Assembly (NCBI GenBank): GCA_017517665.1
Contig: JAFWYP010000060.1
Span: 14,759-78,758, forward strand
Source: Clostridia bacterium
Lineage (GTDB): Bacteria; Bacillota; Clostridia; Oscillospirales; Acutalibacteraceae
DNA: 64,000 nt
Direction: 5' to 3'
How positions within the stretch are numbered: position 1 is the first letter of the stretch; every line of letters begins with the position of its first letter. Below the pieces are notes generated by a model. It saw nothing but the letters and a program-made list of their open reading frames with translations, searched no databases and was not told where the DNA came from. The translations under genes were made by a program, and so were the position numbers. This document shows, piece by piece, positions 36,898 through 46,194 of this stretch.

Positions 36898-38532
36898 ATG
36901 AAAAAAAACAATAAAGCGGTAGTCCATAACGTGCCTGATTATTCAACGGTTAAAGAAATCGTTGTAAAAGGTGCTGAAAAGGGCGGCGACAAAAGACAGT
37001 ATGTTTTTCTTGACAAAAACAAGAAAGAATGTGAAAGAAGCTTCCGTCAGGTCTGGGAAGAAATCGGTGCGATAGGTTCTCTTTTCTATAAAAACGGTCT
37101 TGAAGGAAAAAAGAAAATTGCAATTATCGGTGAAAACTGCTTTGAATGGATGGTAGTTTATTATGCTACACTTGTTGGCGGAAATATCACTGTTCCCATG
37201 GACTGTAAGCTTCCTGCCGAAGATCTTGCCGATCAGCTTATCCGTTGCGATTGCGATGCTCTTGTTTATACTGATAAATTCTGTGATATGGTTAAGGATT
37301 TCAAGGCGGACAGTAATATGCCTGAAATGCAGTATTACGATATCACAAACGAATACAGCCGATATATTGAAGAAGGCAATGCTGAAATCGAGGCGGGAAA
37401 AACAGCTTTCTTTGACGCAGAAGTAAAACCCGAAGACCTTGCCTGCATTGCATACACATCCGGCACAACCGCAAAGAGCAAGGGTGTTATGCTTACACAT
37501 AAGAATATCGCAAGCAACTGTGTGGCAGGATGCCGTGCGCATACGGGTCGCCATGCAATAGGCTTCCTTCCTCTTAACCATACATATGCATGGGTAAGTG
37601 CTCTTTTCTCATCATATATTCTTACCGAGTGGGGTTATCTCTGCGACGGTATCGGAAATATTCAGGGCGACCTCAAAAAGTATCAGCCTTATAATTTCTC
37701 GGGTGTTCCTCTTGTTGTTGAAACAATCTATAAGAGAATATGGAAAACCGCAAGAAAAACAGGCAGAGAAGATATCCTTAAAAAGGGACTTAAAATCAGT
37801 AACACCCTTATGAAGCTCGGCATTGACAGACGCCGCAAAATATTTAAAACAATTATTGATAATCTCGGCGGAAATCTTAACATGATTATCTGCGGCGGTG
37901 CAAACCTTGACCCCAAGCACGAAAAGGGTATGCATGATTTCGGTATTGAAATTTATAACGGTTACGGTATGACCGAATGCTCTCCCGCAATAACCTGCAA
38001 CAGACCCGGAAAATGCAAATTTGGAAGCGTCGGCACTCCGCTTGATTGCTGTGAAATAAAAATTAACAACCCCGATGAAGAGGGTGTCGGTGAGATTTAT
38101 GTCAGAGGCACAAACGTTATGGTCGGTTATTATAATGAGCCCGAAGCAACTGCAGAGGTGTTTGACGGTGAGTGGCTTAAAACAGGCGATCACGGCAGAA
38201 TTGACGAGGACGGCTTCCTCTTTATTGTAGGCAGAAAGAAGAATCTTATCTGTCTTTCAAACGGCAAGAACGTTTCTCCCGAGGAGCTTGAAGATAAACT
38301 TTCAAGAATTGACTATGTAAAAGAAGTTCTTGTTTATGATGAGGATAACAAAATTGTTGCCGAGTTCTTCCTTGATGAGGAAGAGCATCCCGATGCAAGA
38401 AGCAGACTTAAGGGCGATGTTGATGAATTCAACCGCAATATGCCTCTTTTCAAGAATATCAACAAGACTAAAATCAGAGACGAAGAATTCCCCAAAACAA
38501 CAACTCTTAAAATCGCAAGAAACTACAAATAA
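36898..38532 (+). CDS. Long-chain acyl-CoA synthetase (AMP-binding)
   Basis: YTSGTTAKSKG, GYGMTE, WLKTGD, GRKKN and NGKNVSPEELE motifs. Confidence 0.9.
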   Translation: MKKNNKAVVHNVPDYSTVKEIVVKGAEKGGDKRQYVFLDKNKKECERSFRQVWEEIGAIGSLFYKNGLEGKKKIAIIGENCFEWMVVYYATLVGGNITVPMDCKLPAEDLADQLIRCDCDALVYTDKFCDMVKDFKADSNMPEMQYYDITNEYSRYIEEGNAEIEAGKTAFFDAEVKPEDLACIAYTSGTTAKSKGVMLTHKNIASNCVAGCRAHTGRHAIGFLPLNHTYAWVSALFSSYILTEWGYLCDGIGNIQGDLKKYQPYNFSGVPLVVETIYKRIWKTARKTGREDILKKGLKISNTLMKLGIDRRRKIFKTIIDNLGGNLNMIICGGANLDPKHEKGMHDFGIEIYNGYGMTECSPAITCNRPGKCKFGSVGTPLDCCEIKINNPDEEGVGEIYVRGTNVMVGYYNEPEATAEVFDGEWLKTGDHGRIDEDGFLFIVGRKKNLICLSNGKNVSPEELEDKLSRIDYVKEVLVYDEDNKIVAEFFLDEEEHPDARSRLKGDVDEFNRNMPLFKNINKTKIRDEEFPKTTTLKIARNYK

Positions 38533-38537
38533 AAATC

Positions 38538-38571
38538 AAGAAGGTGCACGGGAAAAGTGCACCTTCTTTTT
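38538..38571. terminator. Bidirectional terminator
   Basis: AAGAAGGTGCAC-GGGAAAA-GTGCACCTTCTT followed by TTT. Confidence 0.8.
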
Positions 38572-39081
38572 CTATTTAATATCAATTATTATCGGCGTTA
38601 TTTCCAACGCAGGGATAAGAATATCCGTGATATCGGAGGTTCTGATTTTTAATGTTGCCGTGCAGTCGCAGGGGTGGCAGCAGATGAATTTTTCTTTCAG
38701 AACGTCACTGTCTATCGCAAGAGAAACAGCTTTATCTTTATCAAAAATAAGGCTTGTTATGCTCAAAGAACCGGGTGAAGTGCCGAGCATTTCCTCCATT
38801 TTTTCTCCGCTTGCAAACGAGAGTCTTGATGAGCCGATTGCCTTTGAAACTTCTTTTGTAACAAACTTTTTTCTGCTGTCCGTCATGAGCAGATAATGAG
38901 CACTTGCAGATGAGGTCTGAAGGAAAAGGTTTTTGCAGATTTTACCGTCTATGATTTTTTCGATTTCGGCGCATTTTTCAAGCGTTTCGGCAGTTTCATG
39001 AACGGTTACCGAAAACTCAATGCCGAGATTCTTAAGAAAATTACAAACAAATCCGGCTTTCGGACTTAACAATTCAAACAT
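38572..39081 (-). CDS. YbaK/ProX (PrdX-like) aminoacyl-tRNA deacylase
   Basis: CKNLFL, RLSFA, LGTSPGS and HP motifs. Confidence 0.85.
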   Translation of the reverse strand: MFELLSPKAGFVCNFLKNLGIEFSVTVHETAETLEKCAEIEKIIDGKICKNLFLQTSSASAHYLLMTDSRKKFVTKEVSKAIGSSRLSFASGEKMEEMLGTSPGSLSITSLIFDKDKAVSLAIDSDVLKEKFICCHPCDCTATLKIRTSDITDILIPALEITPIIIDIK

Positions 39082-39090
39082 ATATCCTCC

Positions 39091-39126
39091 AAAAAAGCTG
39101 CACTAAACCTTTGTTTAATGCAGCTT
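39091..39126 (-). terminator. Intrinsic terminator
   Basis: AAGCTGCA...TGCAGCTT stem with a T run on the minus strand. Confidence 0.65.
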
Positions 39127-39140
39127 GAAACAATCAATTA

Positions 39141-40016
39141 TTAATAAGCTCCGTAAAATGCGGATTCATAATCCTTTTCGTTGATTTTTATGGATTTCCA
39201 CGGTCCGCTGCTGCAGTCCTCATGGGTAAGAATACCGTTTTCAAAGGTGTGGATATTTGAAAATTGCGATTTACCTTCCGATAAAACCCAGTTTTTGCCT
39301 GTAACGGCAGAACCGTCAGGGAAAATACTGTCTTCAAGCGTGAATTCTCCGTATCTTAATTCTCCGCAGCAAAAGCTTATGATTTTATTTTCATCATCAA
39401 ACTCTATATAACAGCGTGTTGTTTTGCTCTGCATGGCGTATTCTTTTTCGCCGAATTTTACGAATTCAATAAATTCGGCAGTTTCTTCGGTTTCGCCGGT
39501 TTCGGTTGAAAAAATGTAACGGAAGCTGTCGGCTTTTTTGTTGAATTCCGCAGAATATTCCTCTGTTGTTTCTTCGGTTATAAACTTGAGCAAAAAGCTT
39601 GTTTCGCCGTCGGATTCAAAGACGATATCACAATGACGGGTGGGGTTATCGTAATATTTCTGTGCCTCTTCCTCGTTCATATGCTTTGTGAAGCCTCCCA
39701 CAATAGGAAGGTCAAATGTGCCGAGAGGGAACGGATTGAATGCGGTCAGAATATAATCGGTTTCAAGAAAATATTCCGAAGGATTGTTCACTTCGATTGT
39801 TTTATTGTGTCCGGCTTCGAGGATACTGACCTTTGCTTCCATTGCGTCAACAACATCGAGAAATCTTTCACGGCAGCCGATAAAAGAATCTTCCGTGTTG
39901 GTGATTTTGAGCATATCGGGTGTCTGTATTTTTTGCTCCTCATTTTTTGAACATGAAGAAAGGGTGAAAATCAATGCCAGAAAGAAAGACAGACATTTTA
40001 TAAAACGGAGTTTCAT
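39141..40016 (-). CDS. Hypothetical acidic lipoprotein
   Basis: Signal peptide with lipobox LSSC; start overlaps the nrdR stop (TAATG). Confidence 0.75.
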   Translation of the reverse strand: MKLRFIKCLSFFLALIFTLSSCSKNEEQKIQTPDMLKITNTEDSFIGCRERFLDVVDAMEAKVSILEAGHNKTIEVNNPSEYFLETDYILTAFNPFPLGTFDLPIVGGFTKHMNEEEAQKYYDNPTRHCDIVFESDGETSFLLKFITEETTEEYSAEFNKKADSFRYIFSTETGETEETAEFIEFVKFGEKEYAMQSKTTRCYIEFDDENKIISFCCGELRYGEFTLEDSIFPDGSAVTGKNWVLSEGKSQFSNIHTFENGILTHEDCSSGPWKSIKINEKDYESAFYGAY

Positions 40017-40471
40017 TATTTTTCACTCAAAAGCTTTGCAAGCTCGTCCATGAATGTGTTGATATCCTTAAACTGTCTGTAAACAGATGCAAAACGCACA
40101 TAAGCAACTTCGTCAAGGTCCTTGAGCTTATCCATTGCAAGCTCGCCGATATGAACCGAAGTAACTTCTCTGTCAAGCGAATTCTGAAGAGTAGCTTCAA
40201 TTTCGTTAACTGCAGTTTCAATTTTTTCAAGAGAAACAGGTCTCTTTTCGCAGGCTCTGAGCATACCGTTGAAGAGCTTGTTTCTGTCGAAAACTTCTCT
40301 TGACTTATCTTTCTTAACAACGATAACGGGTACGCTTTCAATTACTTCATATGTTGTGAAACGCTTCTGACAGCTTATGCATTCTCTGCGGCGGCGTATA
40401 CGCTCGCCCTCATCGGTGGGTCTTGAGTCGATAACCTTACTTTCTTCGCAGCTGCAAAACGGACATCTCAT
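40016..40471 (-). CDS. nrdR: Transcriptional repressor NrdR
   Basis: MRCPFC, VIDSR, RRRREC..C.KRFTTYE, ATP-cone and AYVRFASVY motifs. Confidence 0.97.
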   Translation of the reverse strand: MRCPFCSCEESKVIDSRPTDEGERIRRRRECISCQKRFTTYEVIESVPVIVVKKDKSREVFDRNKLFNGMLRACEKRPVSLEKIETAVNEIEATLQNSLDREVTSVHIGELAMDKLKDLDEVAYVRFASVYRQFKDINTFMDELAKLLSEK

Positions 40472-40491
40472 GGCATTTACACTCCTTGATT

Positions 40492-41217
40492 TCAGTTTTT
40501 TGTCTTTATTTTCTTGCCGCAAAGTTCAATGCTCTTTTTGGCAAGTGTAAGCAGGGAATCAACAATTGTTTCATCGGCGATGCTGTAGTCACGGTAGATT
40601 ATTGATAATTCCGTGCAACCGAGAACAACGCAGTCACATCCCGCTTTTTTCAGATTGTTTATTATTCTCCAGAATGCTTCTATATCAACGTTTTTACCCG
40701 CTTTAACCTGGTCATAGATAATCTCCATGAGTTTTTCGGTGTCTATTTCGTCGGGAACGGCAAAATCAAGACCGTGCTTTTTGAGCATATTCTGATATGC
40801 ACCCGAGAAAAGAGTTCCTTTGGTGGCAAGAATACCGACTTTTTTTGCATCGGGAAGATTGCTTTTGATATGAAGAACGGTCTCCTCAATTATATTGATA
40901 ATGTGGGTGTCAACCGCATTCTGAATTTCGTCATAGAAAAAATGAGCTGTGTTGCAGGGTATGACAATATAGTCCGCACCTGCTTTTTCGAGCGTTTTTG
41001 CATCGGCTGTCATCTGCGGCAGTGGATTGGGTTCGTTTCTGTCGAGTATGTAGTTTGTGCGGTCATGAATGGCCGCATGATTCAGAATAATCATAGAAAC
41101 ATGGTCCTGATCGGTTGCCGCATCGGTGCATCTTATAACAAGCTCTGCAAAATAAATAGTTGCAAGAGGACCGACGCCGCCAAGCACGCCGAGTTTTGTT
41201 TCTTTGTTTTCGCTCAT
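40492..41217 (-). CDS. racD: Aspartate racemase
   Basis: [21 protein letters not shown] and GCTELS motifs; adjacent to the D-Asp ligase. Confidence 0.85.
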   Translation of the reverse strand: MSENKETKLGVLGGVGPLATIYFAELVIRCTDAATDQDHVSMIILNHAAIHDRTNYILDRNEPNPLPQMTADAKTLEKAGADYIVIPCNTAHFFYDEIQNAVDTHIINIIEETVLHIKSNLPDAKKVGILATKGTLFSGAYQNMLKKHGLDFAVPDEIDTEKLMEIIYDQVKAGKNVDIEAFWRIINNLKKAGCDCVVLGCTELSIIYRDYSIADETIVDSLLTLAKKSIELCGKKIKTKN

Positions 41218-41229
41218 TTTATATAATCA

Positions 41230-42441
41230 CTATCCGTAAATTTTATATTTTCTGATTTGGTTATAGAATACAGCGTTTGTATAGAATACGCGCTTTTTGT
41301 TTTTGTCTGCGGCATATTTGATGGGGAAGGTCCATCTGCCTTCCTTCATGAGCTTGAGTGCTCTGTTTTTGAGTTCTTCATCGTGAACATAGTGTTTGAT
41401 AACGTATTTGGGAACAAGTGAGAAAAGGTGTTCCTTATCCGCAACGGTGTATTCGAGGTCTTTTTCATAAATAAGGTCATCAACAATCCATTTTACTGTG
41501 TTGAATCCGCTTGCGGTAACATAGAAGTTACTTCTTCCGAGACGCACGTTTATCTCGAAAAACTTGAACTTTCCGTCACGGGTATCGTATTTGATATCGA
41601 AGTTTGCAAAGCCGACATATCCGATGTGTTCAAGGAATTTTGTAGCCGCCGCAACAATCTGATCATTGACTTCGTTGATGATAACAACGGGATTGCCGAT
41701 TGCGGAGGGGGTATGATCTTCAAGAAGAACATGACCGAGTGACGCAAACTTGACCTTTGAGTTTCTGTCACAGTAGCAGGTGAGAACTCTCATGTAGGTG
41801 TCGTCACCGGGAATGCAGTCCTGAATGAGAAATTTATAGTTGTAGTCGGTTTTTTCGAGCTTTGCAAGCATATCGTCAAGCTCTTGTCGGGTTTTGAATC
41901 TGAATACCTTGCGCTTGCCGTCAAACTTTGCATAGTGATACATTGCACTGTTTGCAGGCTTTGCGATGATGGGATATTCAAAATCAAAATCCATGGCGTT
42001 TTCTTCGCCGCAATTATAAACATAGGTGTCGGGATAATCTATTCCCAACTCCTCACAGATTTCGTAGAATTTATCTTTGAGAACGATTTTGTTGAGCAAA
42101 TCTTCATCAATATAAGGAATAACATAGTATTCGCTGAGCACGGGCTTGTTTTCGATAAGAATTCTGACATACCAGTCACCGCAGCCGAGAACAATAAGCT
42201 TCTTTTTGCCTTTGAATTCCTTACCCACTTCAATAAGGGTATTTATAAGAGTCTCTTTGTTTTCAAGACCGGGGAAAACGCGGTTTTCGATGATATCGCT
42301 GTTGGCAATATACTGGCATTCCTTCATGCTCAGAACAAGCGATTTGATTTTATATTCTTCGTGAAAGCTTCTTGCGAGGCTGTAAGCGGTGAAATCGGCT
42401 CCCAGAATAACGGGCAGAAATTCACGTTCCTGTAATTCCAT
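41230..42441 (-). CDS. D-aspartate ligase (ATP-grasp, AslA/YxbA-like)
   Basis: ARSFHEEY, GCGDWYV, KPANS, IPGDDT, NFDIKYD and EINVRLGRSNFY motifs; GGAG RBS before ATG 42441. Confidence 0.85.
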   Translation of the reverse strand: MELQEREFLPVILGADFTAYSLARSFHEEYKIKSLVLSMKECQYIANSDIIENRVFPGLENKETLINTLIEVGKEFKGKKKLIVLGCGDWYVRILIENKPVLSEYYVIPYIDEDLLNKIVLKDKFYEICEELGIDYPDTYVYNCGEENAMDFDFEYPIIAKPANSAMYHYAKFDGKRKVFRFKTRQELDDMLAKLEKTDYNYKFLIQDCIPGDDTYMRVLTCYCDRNSKVKFASLGHVLLEDHTPSAIGNPVVIINEVNDQIVAAATKFLEHIGYVGFANFDIKYDTRDGKFKFFEINVRLGRSNFYVTASGFNTVKWIVDDLIYEKDLEYTVADKEHLFSLVPKYVIKHYVHDEELKNRALKLMKEGRWTFPIKYAADKNKKRVFYTNAVFYNQIRKYKIYG

Positions 42442-42537
42442 TTTTTGACACTCCATTTATCTAAACAAATACAAAATTTATTATATTACATCTTAAAATA
42501 AAATGCAAGCACTTTACACAATTTTGTGTTTGGATTT

Positions 42538-43320
42538 TTATAAGTTCTGCATATAAACAAGCGAGTTTTTCAAATCGCTTTCGTTGCCGAAATTTTCACG
42601 GTACAGCTCAATAATATAATCTCCGTCATAGTTTGCGGAATTCATGATTTCAATGAGTTTTTTAAAATCAAAGCAGCCTTTTCCCGGAGGCAGACAGTCG
42701 GAATTTCCGGTATGATCGCTGATATGGATGTGAACAATGTCATTTTTGAACTTTTCTGCAAAATCAAGGGGTGAATATCCTGCACGCACAGCCTGTTTGA
42801 CATCGAAAACCAGTTTAAAACCATCACCGAGATAATTCTTCATTTTTTTAATAAAAACGGGGCTTTCGCAAAGGTGTCTGTTGACATTTTCATGACATAC
42901 TTTTATCCCTGATTTTTTGCCTTCTTCAATGAGCTTTGCAAATCTTTCAAAGTATTCCGTATCGCTGATTTTTGCGCCCGTAAGTGCGCCGTGAATAACG
43001 GAAAATTCCGCACCGAGAGCAGCTGTGACCTCAAAATTGCGTCTGTAAAATTCAAGCATATCATTGAATCTTCTGCCGTAAGCGCTGAAAAGCATATATG
43101 TTTCCGCAAACGATGAAAACGGATGCACGGAAGCAATTTTTATGCCGTATTCCTTGCGGATTTTATTGAGAGTTTTTGCAAATTCAAGAGTTGTTTCACT
43201 CGGAGAATTGAGGAAAACTTCGCAGGTCTTAACTCCGATTTTTCCAAGCGTATCAAGGGATTTTTCAGTTTCAAGGGGATATAAGCAGGAGGTTGAAATT
43301 CCGAATGCCATTTGTTTCAT
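42538..43320 (-). CDS. Sugar phosphate isomerase/epimerase (AP endonuclease 2 TIM barrel)
   Basis: SVHP, ENV, FDVKQA, HIHISD, LPPGKG and IIELY motifs. Confidence 0.8.
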   Translation of the reverse strand: MKQMAFGISTSCLYPLETEKSLDTLGKIGVKTCEVFLNSPSETTLEFAKTLNKIRKEYGIKIASVHPFSSFAETYMLFSAYGRRFNDMLEFYRRNFEVTAALGAEFSVIHGALTGAKISDTEYFERFAKLIEEGKKSGIKVCHENVNRHLCESPVFIKKMKNYLGDGFKLVFDVKQAVRAGYSPLDFAEKFKNDIVHIHISDHTGNSDCLPPGKGCFDFKKLIEIMNSANYDGDYIIELYRENFGNESDLKNSLVYMQNL

Positions 43321-43394
43321 TCCTTAAATGGTAATATTTTTGATTTGAACTTATTTCGTAACCGATGTATAATTTGCACATAAGGAGGACGGAT

Positions 43395-43646
43395 ATGAGA
43401 GAGATACTGAAAAATGTTCACCGCCCCGCAAAATGTGTGTTTGTAATCGGATGGATAGTCGTTGCGGCTGTTGTTGCCGCATCAACCGTGCTATACATAG
43501 GTGCAGGGGAGATTTTTGACTATTATTCTGCCGTGGCTTTGAGCGAAAAACTCCTGACCTCGGCAAGACCGATTTCCGTGGCGGTTTTTGCCGCTTCAAC
43601 GGGTATTGAGTATTGCTTAAAAAAGAAAAGCAATTCAACAAATTGA
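43395..43646 (+). CDS. Small two-TM membrane protein
   Basis: AAGGAGG RBS, TTGAAC-N17-TATAAT promoter upstream, two hydrophobic segments and a terminator after. Confidence 0.7.
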   Translation: MREILKNVHRPAKCVFVIGWIVVAAVVAASTVLYIGAGEIFDYYSAVALSEKLLTSARPISVAVFAASTGIEYCLKKKSNSTN

Positions 43647-43676
43647 ATTATATCACAGAAAATCAAAAAATAAAAC

Positions 43677-43716
43677 AAAAAGGTCGGGAAAAAGTGTAAA
43701 TTTTTCTCGACTTTTT
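43677..43716 (+). terminator. Intrinsic terminator
   Basis: AAAAAGGTCGGGAAAAA...TTTTTCTCGACTTTTT. Confidence 0.65.
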
Positions 43717-43778
43717 CATTTTACTGTGTTAATATATGAATAATAATGCACTTTTGTGTATGTATCGGAGGAATATCA

Positions 43779-44768
43779 ATGCTCAGAATTGCTATGCTTT
43801 CAAAGTGGCATGTTCACGCAGAAGGATATGCCCGTGATTTTCTTAAAACCGAAAAAGCCGAAATAGTTGCCGTGTGGGACGAAAAACCCGAAAGGGGAAT
43901 GCCCTGGGCAGAAAATCTCGGCTGTGATTTTGAACCCGACCTTGATGTTCTTCTTGCAAGAGATGATGTTGATGCAGTTTGCTGCTGTACTCCCACAACA
44001 ATGCATAAGGAAGTGCTTATCAAAGCGGCAAAGGCGGGTAAGCATATTTTTACAGAGAAAACTCTTGCCTGCACCGTTGAGGAATGCTGTGAAATAGAAA
44101 AGGCAATCAAAGAAAACGGCGTTACTTTCACAATTTCATTTCCTCACAAGGCGTGGAGCGCAGTCAAATTCGCAAAGGAACATATCGAAAACGGCGATTT
44201 CGGCAGAGTTACGAATGTCAGAATCCGCAACGCACACAACGGCGTAAGCGGCAAATGGCTTCCCGAATACTGGTTTGTCAAGGAGGATTGCGCAGGCGGT
44301 GCGATGATGGACCTCGGCTGCCATCCGATGTATCTTCTTGCATATCTCTGCGGAAAGCCCAAAAAGATAACGGGCATTGCAAATTCCGTTCTCGGAACTC
44401 CCGTTGACGAAAATGCTGTTTCCGTTATTGAGTTTGAAAACGGAATTATCGGCGTTTCGGAAACATCGTTCCTTGCTTTCTCGTCGCCCTACACCATTGA
44501 AGTGCACGGCACGGAAGGTATCTTCCTCTGGAGAGGCGCGGATGATGTTAAATATAAGACCATGCAGACCGCAAAGCTCAACAGAGGTTTCATAACTCCC
44601 GATGTTCTTCCCGAGCAGGGCGAGCATCCTATTCCTGCTTTTGTCAATGCCTGCATTAACGGTACGGGTTCGCCCGAAGGCATGGGAACAAAAGATGCAA
44701 TCGAGCTTGCAGAGCTTCTTGAAAATTCGTATATCGCATACGAAACGGGCAAGACTGTTGAGATTTAA
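43779..44768 (+). CDS. Gfo/Idh/MocA-family oxidoreductase
   Basis: AGKHIFTEK and GGAMMDLGCH motifs; GGAGG RBS before ATG 43779. Confidence 0.9.
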   Translation: MLRIAMLSKWHVHAEGYARDFLKTEKAEIVAVWDEKPERGMPWAENLGCDFEPDLDVLLARDDVDAVCCCTPTTMHKEVLIKAAKAGKHIFTEKTLACTVEECCEIEKAIKENGVTFTISFPHKAWSAVKFAKEHIENGDFGRVTNVRIRNAHNGVSGKWLPEYWFVKEDCAGGAMMDLGCHPMYLLAYLCGKPKKITGIANSVLGTPVDENAVSVIEFENGIIGVSETSFLAFSSPYTIEVHGTEGIFLWRGADDVKYKTMQTAKLNRGFITPDVLPEQGEHPIPAFVNACINGTGSPEGMGTKDAIELAELLENSYIAYETGKTVEI

Positions 44769-44776
44769 TAAGGAGA

Positions 44777-46165
44777 ATGACTATGAGAGATATGAGAACT
44801 ACACTTCATTATTATGACATTTTTCCAAAGGTTTTTCCTACAGGAAAAGAAATTGAAATTACAATAAAGCCTCTCGGAGCTCATGCCGAGTGCAAAAATC
44901 CCGATGAGATTTATCTTTCAATTTATGGTCTTGATGACGGTAATCCCCGTGATTATCCCTACAGAAAGAACGGCACAAGAGTTGATTTTACATATGACGG
45001 CGTTCTTAAATTCAAGTATACATTTCCCCGTGAACAGCAGTATTATGTAAGAATTTTCGATAAGGAAACCAATAAAAGACTCCTTCAGATGAGCGTTTAT
45101 GCTCTTGATGAGGATCTTTGCGGAAGATATCCTCTTATCGGCGATCTGCATATGCATACCTGCCGTTCTGATGGCAGGCAGGCACCTGCAATCGTAAGCG
45201 CAAACTACAGAAAGCACGGTTATGATTTTTTTGCAATCACCGATCATCACCGTTATTATCCTTCGCTTGAGGCTATCGAAACCTACAAGGATGTTCCCAT
45301 TGAATTCAACATTATCCCCGGTGAAGAAGTGCATCTTCCCGACCTTGCACCCGACCATATAAATGATGTTCATATCGTAAATTTCGGCGGGAAGTATTCG
45401 GTTAACGGACTTCTTAAGGATGAATATGCCGATGAATTCGGCTATGATATCGATAAGCGTCGTTTTGAAGGCTTTGCTTGTCCCGATATGATTACCGAGG
45501 ATGAATACAGAGAGCAGGTTGACGCTCTTGCGACAACTCTTGATATCCCAGAAGGCATTGAGCCTTTCACATATGCAAGCTGTGTATGGGTATTTAACCA
45601 CATCAGAAAGGCAGAAGGTCTCGGGATTTTCTGCCATCCCTACTGGCTTTCGAATGTTCATCAGGTTCCCGAAAATATAACCGATTATATGCTCAGAACT
45701 CATCCTTTTGATGCTTTTGAGGTTCTCGGCGGTGAAAACTATTATGAACATAACGGCTTCCAGACTCATAAATATTATGAGGTTCTCGCAAAGGGATATG
45801 ATAAATTCCCCATCGTAGGAAGCACTGACAGCCACAGCTCAATAAATAATGAGAATGCATATGTTGCTTCAACAATGGTGTTCTCACCTGCTAACGAAAG
45901 AACGGATATCATTGATTCAATCAAGAATTTCTATTCAATCGCAATTGACGGCATCAGCAAAGAATTCCGTCTTGTGGGTGATTTCAGACTTGCACGCTAT
46001 GCAACCTTCCTGCTTCAGGATTATTTCCCGCTTCACGATGACCTCTGCTATGAAGAGGGCAGAGCGATGAAGGATTATGCCTGCGGTGTTGAAGGGGCAA
46101 AAGAAACTCTTGAATTCATCAGCGGCAGAGTTCAAAAACAGAGAGAAAAATACTTTGCATTTTAA
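44777..46165 (+). CDS. PHP-domain metallohydrolase
   Basis: DLHMHT.RSDG, AITDH, PGEE, CHPYW and GSTDSH motifs. Confidence 0.82.
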   Translation: MTMRDMRTTLHYYDIFPKVFPTGKEIEITIKPLGAHAECKNPDEIYLSIYGLDDGNPRDYPYRKNGTRVDFTYDGVLKFKYTFPREQQYYVRIFDKETNKRLLQMSVYALDEDLCGRYPLIGDLHMHTCRSDGRQAPAIVSANYRKHGYDFFAITDHHRYYPSLEAIETYKDVPIEFNIIPGEEVHLPDLAPDHINDVHIVNFGGKYSVNGLLKDEYADEFGYDIDKRRFEGFACPDMITEDEYREQVDALATTLDIPEGIEPFTYASCVWVFNHIRKAEGLGIFCHPYWLSNVHQVPENITDYMLRTHPFDAFEVLGGENYYEHNGFQTHKYYEVLAKGYDKFPIVGSTDSHSSINNENAYVASTMVFSPANERTDIIDSIKNFYSIAIDGISKEFRLVGDFRLARYATFLLQDYFPLHDDLCYEEGRAMKDYACGVEGAKETLEFISGRVQKQREKYFAF

Positions 46166-46194
46166 AAATAAAAAGTGAAAAAGGAGGTAATGTT

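Noticed and set aside
44918-45835. 305-aa antisense ORF (also 36943..37581, 37612..38193, 41884..42435 and similar)
   Set aside because: These are shadows of well-supported genes on the opposite strand, with no motifs or RBS.
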